This document shows, piece after piece, positions 16,797-26,323 of a stretch of 47,033 bases of DNA (positions are counted from its first letter, which is position 1; every line of letters begins with the position of its first letter). The stretch spans positions 1 through 47,033 of the IMG/VR virus record IMGVR_UViG_3300043411_000506; one strand, given 5' to 3'. This stretch comes from a virus. Lineage: Duplodnaviria > Caudoviricetes. Position numbers and translations under genes: made by a program. Below the pieces are notes generated by a model. It had not been told where the DNA came from, did no database searches, and was given only the letters and a program-made list of their open reading frames with translations.

Positions 16797-19700
16797 TTAC
16801 TTCAACAACAAGGTTGTTGGTGGAGTAAAGTTACCAGTGTATCTTGCCCCTAATGTGATTCTGAAGTCATCAATGAATCCAGTGAATCGATAGGATGCGG
16901 TGCCGTACTTGCCACCAAGACGGACACTGTTCATTGTTCCGGCAATCGGCATGGACGCGACGGTAGCCGAACCAACCAAATTACCATCTTGGTACAAATA
17001 CCAACTACCACCAGTTTTAACTGCGGCAACATGAGTCCAAGTATTACCGACCAAAGAACCAGTAGTTCCACCAATCACTGTACCGGAAGTACCAGACAAG
17101 TAGATACGGTTAGCAGAACCCTTTCCGATCTCCAAACCAGCAGCTTCGACCGCCTTATCACCCAAGTGGCAAATCACTTGTAACGATGAATCGGCTGCGG
17201 TATTCAGCCAGAACTCAATCGTCAGCTTGTCGTGAACCAGTATGTTGTCCATCGCAGCATCAATGACTGATGACGAACCAAATTGCAAACTGGCGGTGCC
17301 ATATTTCTTTGTGGTAGTCGACAATTTCGTACCTGTTGAGACTGGAATGGTCTTCATCGACGAATCAACGATAGTACCAGAGTTACCAGTGAGCAACAAT
17401 GTGGTTTCGCTAGTGGCTACGACTGGTTCTGTTGGTACCGGGAAACCAACACGATATTTGACAGCGCGTGTTACGGCGGCGCCACTGATCATACCAAAGA
17501 ATCCGTTCGTCGCTCCACCGCTGTTCCAACGACCAATGTTGAAGAAGCCTGTACCAGTCGTATTGGTTGACAGAGTCGATGTCCCTGTTGCTGTTTGACG
17601 AACGCCATTGACGAACAACGACATCACACCAGCCTCAGAAACTACCGCAACGTGCGTCCATTGATTCAACGGAATGACTGTGTCACCAGTCAAGTTGCGA
17701 GCAGCGCCATCATACCAGTAGAACTGCAACAGTCCTGCGTTGGTGGGACCAAACGCCATCGCAGCCGTGGTAGACGAATGGTGCATGTCACCCATCATAA
17801 CTGGCTGTGCGCCAGTATGGCGTTGGGTTTGGTACATCCATGCCTCGATCGTGAACGACGATCCAGCTTGTATCAAGTTTGATCCAAAGATAGAGGCCAT
17901 AGTAGATGCGCCAGTCACAGCATAGCTAGAACCGTCGAACAGGAAGCTACCATTGTTCTGCAAACCATAACCGAATGGTGAGTTGAACTTAGAAGGGCGC
18001 AAGTTACCAGTGACTGTCAACGCGGTGTTGTTTGCGCTATAGTCACCATTTTTGTGACCAACGCAGGTCAACATCTTGGTATTTGCCACTTCAGACAAAG
18101 GTGATGTGGGTACGGTAAAGCCAGCAGTGTAAAGTGCGGTTCCATTCACAACTCGGAAATTGGAAATGTGCCCAGTAAAAAAGTATCTGGCGGAGCCGGA
18201 ATACTTGTCCAATATACCCAAAGCTGGAACCGCGTTTGCTGAACCTATCGGTGCTCCGTATGTGGTTGAGTATTTCTCAACGCCATCAACAAACACTTTG
18301 ACTGTCGTACCAGATCGCGTCACTGCGAAGTGCTGCCATTTTCTTGGGGAAAAGATATCTGATGCAAACCCCAGTTGCGACGAACCAAGACGCAGGGCGC
18401 CTGGCGTCAACGCCAACCCGCCCATCAAAGAACTGCTGTCGTCATAATTCCATCCGTTGTTATTTGCTGAGCTCAACGTGAAGATGTTACCAGCTACCGT
18501 CGGCATCATCACCCAACCTTCAATAGTGAAGTCACCGCTAAACAAGAAGTTCGAACTCTTTGCCATCTGAACGTAGCTCGACCCGTTGAAGTAGGTGCTC
18601 CAAGCTCCAGGTTGAGCTGCGTCATAAGGAGTATTACCAATCCGTTTGACGTTGTTGACTGCGGTTACTGGGAATTTATTCGAACTACCATCGCCCAAAT
18701 AGCCGTTGTTCAGCATCAAGGAAGTACCCGAAACTTCAGTGAGTTTAGAAGTTGGTGGATTGAACCTACCAGTGTATACCGCGGTTCCCTTCACAACTCG
18801 CAAATCGCTGATAATACCGTTCAACGGGTACGCATTGGTTGAATAACCATAGCCACCAATGAGTGGGCGGTTTGCTGGGATGATGTAATTATTGTTGTCA
18901 GTGTACGGCGACCCCGAAACTTCACCATTGACGTACATCGTGGTAACTCCGGAAACTCTAGATAATGCGATATGATGCCAAGTTTGCACCGTTATTGGCG
19001 AACTGACGATTCGATTACCCACGCCACCAACTTGCAAGTTGATACGAGCGGACGTATCCATCCAAATGTCAGGAGCAGTAACGTATGAGCCAGACGCTTG
19101 TGAACTGTACAACTGCTGGTTGGAGATCGCGTATGGGAAATACCACATTTCAATTGTGAAGTCACCTGTACCGAAAGCAAAGTTCGTTTGCCCACCCAAT
19201 TGCAAGTAACTTCCTGCTGAACCGGTGAACACGATCGAGCTACCGTTCACTGGCGTCGCGTCATCGTTTGACGGTACGGGAACTCCATAAATTGTTGGGA
19301 TGTGCAGATTGGTACTCTTATCAAACACGCTGCCATCTTGGCACGCCAACAACGACGTACTGGCCGATGCGGTGGGTTTTTCCGTTGGTGGAACAAAGGT
19401 TGAACTGTACAGACCTGTGCCTTTGGTGATTCGAAGATCTTGGATTATGCCGTTGAAGTCGTTAAATGCCGCACCGCCGTTTGTCCAGTAGCCAAGAGTA
19501 GTAGCATAGCCGTTATCGTAAATAGCGGCGGCGCCGACGTTGAATGTCTGCTTCAACTGCCCGTTGATGAACGCGAATATGTTCGTACCAACTCGTGACA
19601 ACGCAACGTGATGCCACGAATTCAATGTGAACGCACCGATTGTCGCGCCGCCAACCATGTCATAGTTGGCGCCGTTTGACGAACACCAGAACGCCAAGCT

Positions 19701-20825
19701 GTTATTTGACATTCCTAGAATGTAACCAGGGACACCACCTCCACGGCAGATGACCGAAGCATTGGCTGCACTGGTTTTCTGATACATCCAGAACTCGATG
19801 GTGAAGTCCCCACTACCAAAGTTCAAACTAGAATGGTTTGGATATTCCACCTTGTTTGTGCTGGTGATATGAACACCTTTGGATGGCGCGCCTGCATTGT
19901 ACGGATTCACCGGTGTGAATGGGCTCATTGGTGATACGGCCGGAGCGCCAGTAACACCCAGGGCGGTATTCGACGCCATATCCCAGAATGCTGAGTTGGT
20001 AGCTGCCAACAACTTCGTACCCGTTACTTGAGTCAACGGTGCAGTTGGTGGGACCAACGATTCACCAGTGTAGACGTAGTTGGCGTCTTGTACGATGCGA
20101 ACGTTGCTGATGTGACCGTTCACATAGTTTGAGGCGTAACCATTTCCACCAATAGACAACGCGGTAGTGGATGCGCCACTACCAGAAGATACTGAGTTGA
20201 AGTTAAAAGTCTTGGTTTCTTTGACACCGTTGATGAAGAACACCACTTCGTTGGTCGTTGATGGGGTAGTAACGTCAACTTGGACTACAACGTGGTTCCA
20301 TTGTCCTGATTGAATAGTGCCCGTACTTTGAATGGTCCCGTTAGGGGTCGTACTGTAAATCGCCACATTTGCTGGGCCAGTAGTTGCACCAGCCACCAAG
20401 CTGATCCCAACTTGTGATGCGGCACCTGATGCGTCCATGTTAGACAACACCGAATGAGCACCACCATTAGCCAGCGAGAAAGTCTTAGGGAACACCCAGA
20501 ATTCGAACGTCGTTTTCTTACCGTGGTAGTTGAACGACAACGTTGAGGTTGGTACTGTAACTGAACTCGAACCGTTGAACGAATAGCTACCGCCGGTAGA
20601 ACTGAACGGAGTTACCGAACCTTGCGACAAAGAAGTCGAACTGGTGATGGGGAAATTGTTTGTTCCTTGATCGACCGTCACGGTGTTCGCGTTCGTCGCC
20701 AAGTATGACGAGATTGAACTGGTTTCGCCAGTCAAAATCATCGCTGTTCTATTGAAAAAGGCATCCACCGCCGCCGCAACTGATGAAGCTGCAAACAGAG
20801 TAGATACAATGCCTCCTGGAATCAT
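16797..20825 (-). CDS. Multi-LamG (concanavalin A-like) adhesin / fibre tip protein
   Basis: Six repeats of FTIEFW...WxHxAxxR...F(V/I)(N/D)G...GxIxxxR(I/V); ends RYTGNFTPPT. Confidence 0.85.
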   Translation of the reverse strand: MIPGGIVSTLFAASSVAAAVDAFFNRTAMILTGETSSISSYLATNANTVTVDQGTNNFPITSSTSLSQGSVTPFSSTGGSYSFNGSSSVTVPTSTLSFNYHGKKTTFEFWVFPKTFSLANGGAHSVLSNMDASGAASQVGISLVAGATTGPANVAIYSTTPNGTIQSTGTIQSGQWNHVVVQVDVTTPSTTNEVVFFINGVKETKTFNFNSVSSGSGASTTALSIGGNGYASNYVNGHISNVRIVQDANYVYTGESLVPPTAPLTQVTGTKLLAATNSAFWDMASNTALGVTGAPAVSPMSPFTPVNPYNAGAPSKGVHITSTNKVEYPNHSSLNFGSGDFTIEFWMYQKTSAANASVICRGGGVPGYILGMSNNSLAFWCSSNGANYDMVGGATIGAFTLNSWHHVALSRVGTNIFAFINGQLKQTFNVGAAAIYDNGYATTLGYWTNGGAAFNDFNGIIQDLRITKGTGLYSSTFVPPTEKPTASASTSLLACQDGSVFDKSTNLHIPTIYGVPVPSNDDATPVNGSSIVFTGSAGSYLQLGGQTNFAFGTGDFTIEMWYFPYAISNQQLYSSQASGSYVTAPDIWMDTSARINLQVGGVGNRIVSSPITVQTWHHIALSRVSGVTTMYVNGEVSGSPYTDNNNYIIPANRPLIGGYGYSTNAYPLNGIISDLRVVKGTAVYTGRFNPPTSKLTEVSGTSLMLNNGYLGDGSSNKFPVTAVNNVKRIGNTPYDAAQPGAWSTYFNGSSYVQMAKSSNFLFSGDFTIEGWVMMPTVAGNIFTLSSANNNGWNYDDSSSLMGGLALTPGALRLGSSQLGFASDIFSPRKWQHFAVTRSGTTVKVFVDGVEKYSTTYGAPIGSANAVPALGILDKYSGSARYFFTGHISNFRVVNGTALYTAGFTVPTSPLSEVANTKMLTCVGHKNGDYSANNTALTVTGNLRPSKFNSPFGYGLQNNGSFLFDGSSYAVTGASTMASIFGSNLIQAGSSFTIEAWMYQTQRHTGAQPVMMGDMHHSSTTAAMAFGPTNAGLLQFYWYDGAARNLTGDTVIPLNQWTHVAVVSEAGVMSLFVNGVRQTATGTSTLSTNTTGTGFFNIGRWNSGGATNGFFGMISGAAVTRAVKYRVGFPVPTEPVVATSETTLLLTGNSGTIVDSSMKTIPVSTGTKLSTTTKKYGTASLQFGSSSVIDAAMDNILVHDKLTIEFWLNTAADSSLQVICHLGDKAVEAAGLEIGKGSANRIYLSGTSGTVIGGTTGSLVGNTWTHVAAVKTGGSWYLYQDGNLVGSATVASMPIAGTMNSVRLGGKYGTASYRFTGFIDDFRITLGARYTGNFTPPTTLLLK

Positions 20826-20866
20826 ATGAATTCTCCTAAAAGGGGGACCACGTCCACTCAGATTTA

Positions 20867-22036
20867 TTAAGCAATAGCCAAGTTACCAGAGATGAAGATC
20901 ATCGTAGGCGACACAACGTAATACGAGATCAAATCAACTGCATTAGGTGCAGTCGACAACGTAGGCTTGACTCCACCAGCTGCCTTGAAATATGTACCCC
21001 AAGCAACAGTTCGGCTACCAGTAGCATCTTGCGAAATTGCAATGATACCTGATTGACCCGGTGTAATGGTGCCAGTAGGGTTAGCTACCGTCGCATTACC
21101 AGTCAGTGACAACGAGAAGTTGTTGCTCGCATCAAAGTTAGGCGTAACGGTCGCGCCGTAAGTAAGGGCAGACACGCTACCACGTTGAGCCGCAGTCCAA
21201 GTGTTGTTGGCACTAACGGAAGCACCAGCAGCCGAAACAGTTGCCCAAGTACCGTCGCCGCGCAGGTATGTAGTGGAATCAGCAGTACCAGTGCCCAGAC
21301 GTGCAGTACCAACGGTACCAGACGAGATGTTTGAAGCATTCAAACCTGTAATGCCGGAACCTTCGCCAGTCAAGTGAGTTGCAAAGAACGTGTCTGTGGT
21401 GTGGTCCCATGTAAAGTTCACAGACGATCCGAACGCGCCACCCAAGTTATATTGGATTTGACCAGTGGAACCGTTTGCGGCCAGGCGGGCGTTCGCAACG
21501 GTACCAGACGAGATGTTGGAACCATTCAACGAGGTAAGCGAGGCACCAGAACCAGAGAATGATGTACCTGTTACAGCACCGTTGAGCGTAATTGCAGAGC
21601 TGGTAACCGTAAAGTTTGTTGCTGTGGTAGCAGAGCGCGTAACAGTCAACCAAGGCGTAGAAGCACTACCAGCGTCATTCACGAACTCGCCAATGAAATT
21701 ACCAGACGAGCTCACATGCAAAAGTGCAATCTTGCTGTCAGTTGTACCAGCCATATTGGTAAATGTTACCCATGGTTCTGTCGCACCAGCAACGCCAGCA
21801 TAAACACCAGTGGTTGCATTATATGCACCAAACGTGGATGTGCCAACTAGACTATTGCTATTGCCACCGCCACCAATTGCTGTCCAGGTAGCGCCATCGT
21901 AAACGTAAATGCCGTCGCCGGTTTTGTAGAACAACTCACCGAGGTTGTTCCCGGAAACTGGAAGCGTACTGCCAGATTCAATGGTGAAGTTTGTCGCCGA
22001 AGACGAATCGAGAAGCTGAATGCCGTCGAAAAGCAT
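20867..22036 (-). CDS. Fibre/adaptor protein A (MLFDGI family)
   Basis: N-terminus paralogous to 32326..34992; STTYLRGDG block; C-terminal QDATGSRTVAW...PTLSTAPNAVD module; TAAATA at 22068-22073. Confidence 0.8.
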   Translation of the reverse strand: MLFDGIQLLDSSSATNFTIESGSTLPVSGNNLGELFYKTGDGIYVYDGATWTAIGGGGNSNSLVGTSTFGAYNATTGVYAGVAGATEPWVTFTNMAGTTDSKIALLHVSSSGNFIGEFVNDAGSASTPWLTVTRSATTATNFTVTSSAITLNGAVTGTSFSGSGASLTSLNGSNISSGTVANARLAANGSTGQIQYNLGGAFGSSVNFTWDHTTDTFFATHLTGEGSGITGLNASNISSGTVGTARLGTGTADSTTYLRGDGTWATVSAAGASVSANNTWTAAQRGSVSALTYGATVTPNFDASNNFSLSLTGNATVANPTGTITPGQSGIIAISQDATGSRTVAWGTYFKAAGGVKPTLSTAPNAVDLISYYVVSPTMIFISGNLAIA

Positions 22037-22172
22037 GTGGGGTCCCCTTGTTAGAAATCACAAGTCCTATTTATGAAACCTGGACCCGCGCGGCTCGGAT
22101 ACGAGCCATCTTCTCAGCTTGGCGCCGGGGGTGACCGGAGCATTCGTTTTTGCAAGAACGCAGCGCATACCA

Positions 22173-22198
22173 CCCGAGGGACCACGTGGTCCCTCGGG
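22173..22198. terminator. GGGACC-N4-GGTCCC hairpin, copy 2
   Basis: cccgagggacc-acgt-ggtccctcggg, a perfect 26-bp palindrome without a U tract. Confidence 0.65.
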
Positions 22199-22224
22199 CA
22201 TTTCTGGTAAATCCGGCTTACGGG

Positions 22225-22506
22225 TTACTTGGCTTTGATCGCTCGATAGATCGTTTTGCCTTTAGCCGTCAGCTTCTGTTCATGATCGCTGAACTTCTTA
22301 TGCCACCTGCCGAACTCTTCCCAGAGTTCGTCTTCTTCAGCTTTGTTCGCAGGTTCGAAGACATTGTCACCATGGTAAAAGCTAGGACCGCAATACGGGT
22401 GAAAGCTCACCCAGATGTATTTGTTGCCAACATGGAGTCGCCCACCCGGGTCCACTGAGACGCTGCTGCCGTTTGGGTAGCAGTACACATCAATGAACAG
22501 ACTCAT
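22225..22506 (-). CDS. Hypothetical protein
   Basis: 93 aa with an FHPYCGPSF motif; ATGA-coupled to the upstream ORF. Confidence 0.65.
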   Translation of the reverse strand: MSLFIDVYCYPNGSSVSVDPGGRLHVGNKYIWVSFHPYCGPSFYHGDNVFEPANKAEEDELWEEFGRWHKKFSDHEQKLTAKGKTIYRAIKAK

Positions 22507-22619
22507 TTAGCATCCTTGTGCTGTAGGATGTCAAGGGCAAAGTCTTGAGGCTTGGCGCGATCAAGCTGCACCATGTACTGATGCATCTTGACCAGGTCAG
22601 ACAGCAGCTTAACGCGCAT
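22503..22619 (-). CDS. 38-aa ORF, possibly a deleted metallophosphoesterase remnant
   Basis: MRVKLLSDL... overlaps both neighbours; the start resembles the MK(I/L)xxxSDLH start of calcineurin-like phosphoesterases but lacks the His. Confidence 0.35.
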   Translation of the reverse strand: MRVKLLSDLVKMHQYMVQLDRAKPQDFALDILQHKDAK

Positions 22620-23784
22620 CTTCAACCTTCACCCACACTTCGTCTGCTTCAAAGCCGGCCCATACGCCGCCGACATTATTTGCTTGCTGCTTCACGGATT
22701 TGTACGGCACAGCCTTATCGCCGCGAGTCTTTTGTCGATCCATCAACGTAGAGAACCGATTCCAAAACTCGATACCGACAACACGGAACTTCTTCTGCTG
22801 TGCCAACCCTACGAACTTAGCACGCTTCTTCTTGGACGAGTTTACCACATCCACGAACACGGTGCCGTTGGCGGCCTTGACCCTGTCAAGTTCCTTGTTG
22901 ATGATCTCGTTCGCGAACCTGTTGAACTCAGCTTCATGCTCGTTCGCGAACGCCCAAGCCTTGTCATAGTGCTCAACAGGATCAGCGCCTTCCGGCATCA
23001 TAGAGCTCATAAATGGTTGGTTCTTAGCCATCCAAAAATGGAGCTTGTATGTGTCGTACGAGATCACCGCGTCAGTGGCCTTATTGAAGCGCTCACGCGT
23101 CCACGTGCTCTTACCAGAACCTGACGGTCCTACCAAGATGAACATGGTCTGCCCTTCGCTTTGTGTAATAGGCGTCGTGTTCACGGTCAAAAACTCAGCG
23201 ATCCAGTCCTCAACTGCTTGCAACTTTTCCGCATGCCCGTCGCTGATACGACCAGCCGCGTCTGAACGCAAACAATCGAAGAACAACGAATACGAAGCAC
23301 CAGCCTCAGCCAATGCCATCTTTGTAGCGATAGCCAATCCTTGGCGTTTCTGCTTGTCCTTGTACCCGTATGGCAAGTGGTGCTCAATGATCCAACGCAC
23401 AGCGCGGGCCGCGTAAGTTGGCAACAACTGACGCAACTCTGGCATTTGCAAGTAGCACTCTTGGAAGGTGACTGCCGAATTTTGCTCGTGCCCAGCGTAC
23501 CGTCGGTACGTCGCACCAGAGCCGTCTTTCTTCTCGAGTACTTCCTCAGCCTCTGGCTTACCTGTGTCGTGGAACAACAGCGCCGTCAAGGCGATGACAT
23601 TCTCGACCTCTGTATGGGAATCCATGAAGCGGTCACGATACTGTTGCATCACCATTTCGGTGTGAACGGCAACGTTCTCTTCACGGTGCCACTGTGAGTT
23701 CTCCACAGTGGCTTGCATGGTTTGCCAATGGCTAGTTTGCTTGAACTGAGCCAAGAACTGATCGAATTTTTGAACGGTACACAT
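22609..23784 (-). CDS. HD phosphoesterase fused to P-loop polynucleotide kinase (HD-Pnk-like)
   Basis: WHREENVAVHT, FHDTGKP, GHE, HH and DAAGR in the HD domain; GPSGSGKST, DVVN and lid RQKTR in the kinase. Confidence 0.8.
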   Translation of the reverse strand: MCTVQKFDQFLAQFKQTSHWQTMQATVENSQWHREENVAVHTEMVMQQYRDRFMDSHTEVENVIALTALLFHDTGKPEAEEVLEKKDGSGATYRRYAGHEQNSAVTFQECYLQMPELRQLLPTYAARAVRWIIEHHLPYGYKDKQKRQGLAIATKMALAEAGASYSLFFDCLRSDAAGRISDGHAEKLQAVEDWIAEFLTVNTTPITQSEGQTMFILVGPSGSGKSTWTRERFNKATDAVISYDTYKLHFWMAKNQPFMSSMMPEGADPVEHYDKAWAFANEHEAEFNRFANEIINKELDRVKAANGTVFVDVVNSSKKKRAKFVGLAQQKKFRVVGIEFWNRFSTLMDRQKTRGDKAVPYKSVKQQANNVGGVWAGFEADEVWVKVEDAR

Positions 23785-23832
23785 TCATACAGTGTACCAC
23801 CCTAGTCGCTCTCCCGAGCGAAAGTTTCTGGA

Positions 23833-23991
23833 TCAGGTTACATTGTCCAGAAGATCGTCAATCGCCGCTTGCTCAGTGCTCCCGAATCCGACTGGGTCGC
23901 CAGGTTCAGCACCGTCAAATTGAGCGCACCAGTCGTATTCGTCAGAAGGAACTGGCTTCTCACGGAAGGACGTCATGATCTTTTGAGTCAT
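23833..23991 (-). CDS. 52-aa acidic hypothetical protein (not in ORF track)
   Basis: MTQKIMTSFREKPVPSDEYDWCAQFDGAEPGDPVGFGSTEQAAIDDLLDNVT; ATGA overlap with the upstream gene. Confidence 0.65.
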   Translation of the reverse strand: MTQKIMTSFREKPVPSDEYDWCAQFDGAEPGDPVGFGSTEQAAIDDLLDNVT

Positions 23992-24383
23992 TGTTCAATA
24001 AAGATTGGCGAGACTGGCGACAACAGTGCGACAGACACTGCCGACTGGTAGAACGAACCAAGTGAGCTCTCAGCGGATTTCAGCGCCGAATCGAAGAGAC
24101 TCCAGATGGCAAGAACTCGCTCCATCTTGTCGACCTCCATTGGGCCTGGAGCAGCGAGAACTCGTGTCAGCGCAATGAGTTGGCTGTGCGTGGCGTTCAC
24201 CATGCGCTCTTTGAGGAAGTCATCTGCGAGCAGATCAACGTAGATCACCCACGCCTCTGAAATGGCGAAGGCTTCACGTGCGAGTGGATTTCGAGATTTC
24301 GCGCAGACGTCTCGAATCACCTTGGCGTTTTCAAGAGAAAGCTCGACAAAGAACCGCGGTTCCGCACGTGTGGTGATCTTCAT
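23988..24383 (-). CDS. Hypothetical protein
   Basis: 131 aa, coupled at both ends. Confidence 0.6.
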   Translation of the reverse strand: MKITTRAEPRFFVELSLENAKVIRDVCAKSRNPLAREAFAISEAWVIYVDLLADDFLKERMVNATHSQLIALTRVLAAPGPMEVDKMERVLAIWSLFDSALKSAESSLGSFYQSAVSVALLSPVSPIFIEQ

Positions 24384-24502
24384 TTGTCAGTCCTTCCGGA
24401 AACGACGGAGCATGCGTAGTTGAAGAAACAAACCATCGTGCCTGCTCCGAGCCAAATGGTTGCGGCCATTACGACCTTGGAAATCTCTACTGCTTCGAAC
24501 AT
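24380..24502 (-). CDS. 40-aa single-TM protein
   Basis: GGAG SD then MFEAVEISKVVMAATIWLGAG...; hydrophobic core. Confidence 0.55.
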   Translation of the reverse strand: MFEAVEISKVVMAATIWLGAGTMVCFFNYACSVVSGRTDK

Positions 24503-24542
24503 AGTGTACTCCGATTCATTGTTTGCGTGTTGGTGAACCAGA

Positions 24543-25004
24543 TCAGAAGTGTGGGTTTTGGGTGTAGTGGTGACCGCGGACGAGGCTCCACGTTCCACCT
24601 TCCATGCGCCAGCCGCCGGTTTGCTTGTAGCGGCGGAAGCGCTTGCCTTCATCCGTCACGACGGTGAGCTTGTCAGTCACATGAACAATCTTGCCACAAG
24701 GGTAGCAGTCACCGTTGAAGGCGTAGGAGACTTCGTCGCCAACCTTCGGGACACGGGTGATGTCGTGCTTCGGGCTTCCGGATTCGATGGTCGCAATGTA
24801 CTGAGTGCCGTAAAACTTGGTGGCTTGTTCGGCCAGCTGTTCTACGTGCGAGAATGGCTTAGTGTGCCAGTCCCAACGATCTTCTGCACGATCATAATCC
24901 AGCGCTTTGCCGTCCTGGATAATGGGCTTCATTTCGGGGGTTCCGTTGAACGGGCATTCATCAGTGAAGGCTACGAACGTATTACCTTTGAAGAGTGCGT
25001 ACAT
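24543..25004 (-). CDS. Hypothetical early protein
   Basis: GAGGT SD and ATG at 25004 directly below a sigma70 promoter; ends GTWSLVRGHHYTQNPHF. Confidence 0.7.
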   Translation of the reverse strand: MYALFKGNTFVAFTDECPFNGTPEMKPIIQDGKALDYDRAEDRWDWHTKPFSHVEQLAEQATKFYGTQYIATIESGSPKHDITRVPKVGDEVSYAFNGDCYPCGKIVHVTDKLTVVTDEGKRFRRYKQTGGWRMEGGTWSLVRGHHYTQNPHF

Positions 25005-25034
25005 TTTGGAACCTCGTTTCGTTGCGTTAGGTGC

Positions 25035-25063
25035 ATTATAGGACATCCTCGGGTTAACGACAA
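25035..25063 (-). promoter_or_regulatory. Sigma70-type early promoter
   Basis: TTGTCG (25058-25063) - 17 nt - TATAAT (25035-25040). Confidence 0.75.
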
Positions 25064-25129
25064 ACGAATCTGTAACGATCGCCGAACACCGTTACAGATT
25101 CCAGGATGCCGTATAAGAAGCACCGAGAG

Positions 25130-25440
25130 GCTAACGAGTGACCCGACCCAGGCAATGGATGCGGTCACGAAGCAGTACGTGGACCAAGCCGTCGAAAGCG
25201 GTGTAGGTGGTGCTGCGCAAGGTGGTCTGTTCTTTACTGACGCAACTCCAACGAGCACAGGTATCGTTGGCAGTAAGACGTACGTATCGAATACCGTCCC
25301 TGCAAATGCCGTTATCACCGAGGCAACAACCGATACCAACAACGTCACTGTGACTTTGTATGCTTGACATCACGGAGACCGCATAATGAGCGCTTTTGAG
25401 GACTTTGTCCAGCAAGAACTCCCTAAGCGCTTCTGCTCTA
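25130..25440 (+). pseudogene. Fragments of two virion-structural genes in inverted orientation
   Basis: LTSDPTQAMDAVTKQYVD...VTLYA*, then GGAG + MSAFEDFVQQELPKR, which runs into hairpin copy 3. Confidence 0.55.
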
Positions 25441-25441
25441 A

Positions 25442-25469
25442 AAACAAGGGACCAATTGGTCCCTTGTTT
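25442..25469. terminator. GGGACC-N4-GGTCCC hairpin, copy 3 (bidirectional terminator-like)
   Basis: aaacaagggacc-aatt-ggtcccttgttt, a perfect palindrome between convergent blocks. Confidence 0.75.
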
Positions 25470-25574
25470 CATTTCTGTCGAAGCTCTTCAAAGTATCGAT
25501 CAGATCGGCGCCGTCGCGCTTTTGGCAATGTACTCACTCACAATACAATCTGCATTAGCGCTTTGCCATGCCAT

Positions 25575-26012
25575 CTACCCAACATAGGACTCTCCGATGC
25601 AAGGGACTGGCGGTGTGTGATTCGAGTCGGCATAGAGCTTTGTCCCAATGGGTAAGGCCCACACTTTGGTTGGGTCGATACAGCTCTTCGTCCCCTCATG
25701 GAAGTGCCCGCCACTCCAGTAGTCAGGTTCTTTCTCCACGACCAAGACCAAGACCGGCTGGATCTGCTGTGCCTTAGCAACTGCCCTATGAAGCTGAGGC
25801 ATCACCTTGGCATCTTGCGCAGGCGCGGGGGCTGTGGTGGCGGCGATCATGGCGGACACAGAGTCCATCGTGTCCATGTCGGTTTGTGCCCACCCTTCAT
25901 CCGACGTGAACGCTCCAAGGCTTTGCTCGACACGTTCCAGCAACCAGATGGGCACGATGCGCATGTCTTGCGGCACAGCAGTCGCGTTGTTGTGTTCGTT
26001 TGATGTGGTCAT
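25575..26012 (-). CDS. Hypothetical mosaic phage protein
   Basis: AAAGGAGAG SD and ATG; 145 aa with an LPIGTKLYA segment. Confidence 0.6.
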   Translation of the reverse strand: MTTSNEHNNATAVPQDMRIVPIWLLERVEQSLGAFTSDEGWAQTDMDTMDSVSAMIAATTAPAPAQDAKVMPQLHRAVAKAQQIQPVLVLVVEKEPDYWSGGHFHEGTKSCIDPTKVWALPIGTKLYADSNHTPPVPCIGESYVG

Positions 26013-26119
26013 GTTCTCTCCTTTTGAGATTGTCGCTGTCGCACACGTCGTTCATCCGGTCAATGAACGCAAACACACAGTCGATTATTGCTTCTTTGGA
26101 GTCTTGAAAAGCTTGAGAA

Positions 26120-26323
26120 TCAGTCATGGTAAACGGCGGAACCGAGATCGATGTCAGTGAACTCTTTTTCACCGTACACACCGTCGATGTAGACGACCAT
26201 CTTACTGGAGTAGGAGTAGTACCCGTTAATACTTTCTTCGACACACAACTCCGCATTGTGCTTGTTCAGCAGCGCTTGGAGGTCTGCTCGGAATTCAGCT
26301 TCAACTTGGGCGGCGGTTTTCAC
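26120..26323 (-). CDS. Hypothetical protein
   Basis: GTGA-coupled start (VKTAAQVEAEFR...). Confidence 0.55.
   Translation of the reverse strand: MKTAAQVEAEFRADLQALLNKHNAELCVEESINGYYSYSSKMVVYIDGVYGEKEFTDIDLGSAVYHD

Noticed and set aside
22081-22170. tRNA-like element (three hairpins, GGCTCGTATCC, minus-strand CCA end)
   Set aside because: There is no 7-bp acceptor stem or valid T-arm pairing. It may be structured leader RNA but cannot be called a tRNA.
24549-25367. 272-aa plus-strand ORF as one gene
   Set aside because: Its first two-thirds is antisense to 24543..25004 and its promoter; only the last ~80 codons look protein-like.
25897-26126. Intact gene MTDSQAFQDSK...
   Set aside because: After about 35 codons it runs into the SD and start of 25575..26012 in another frame. 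It is probably a truncated remnant and too weak to call.
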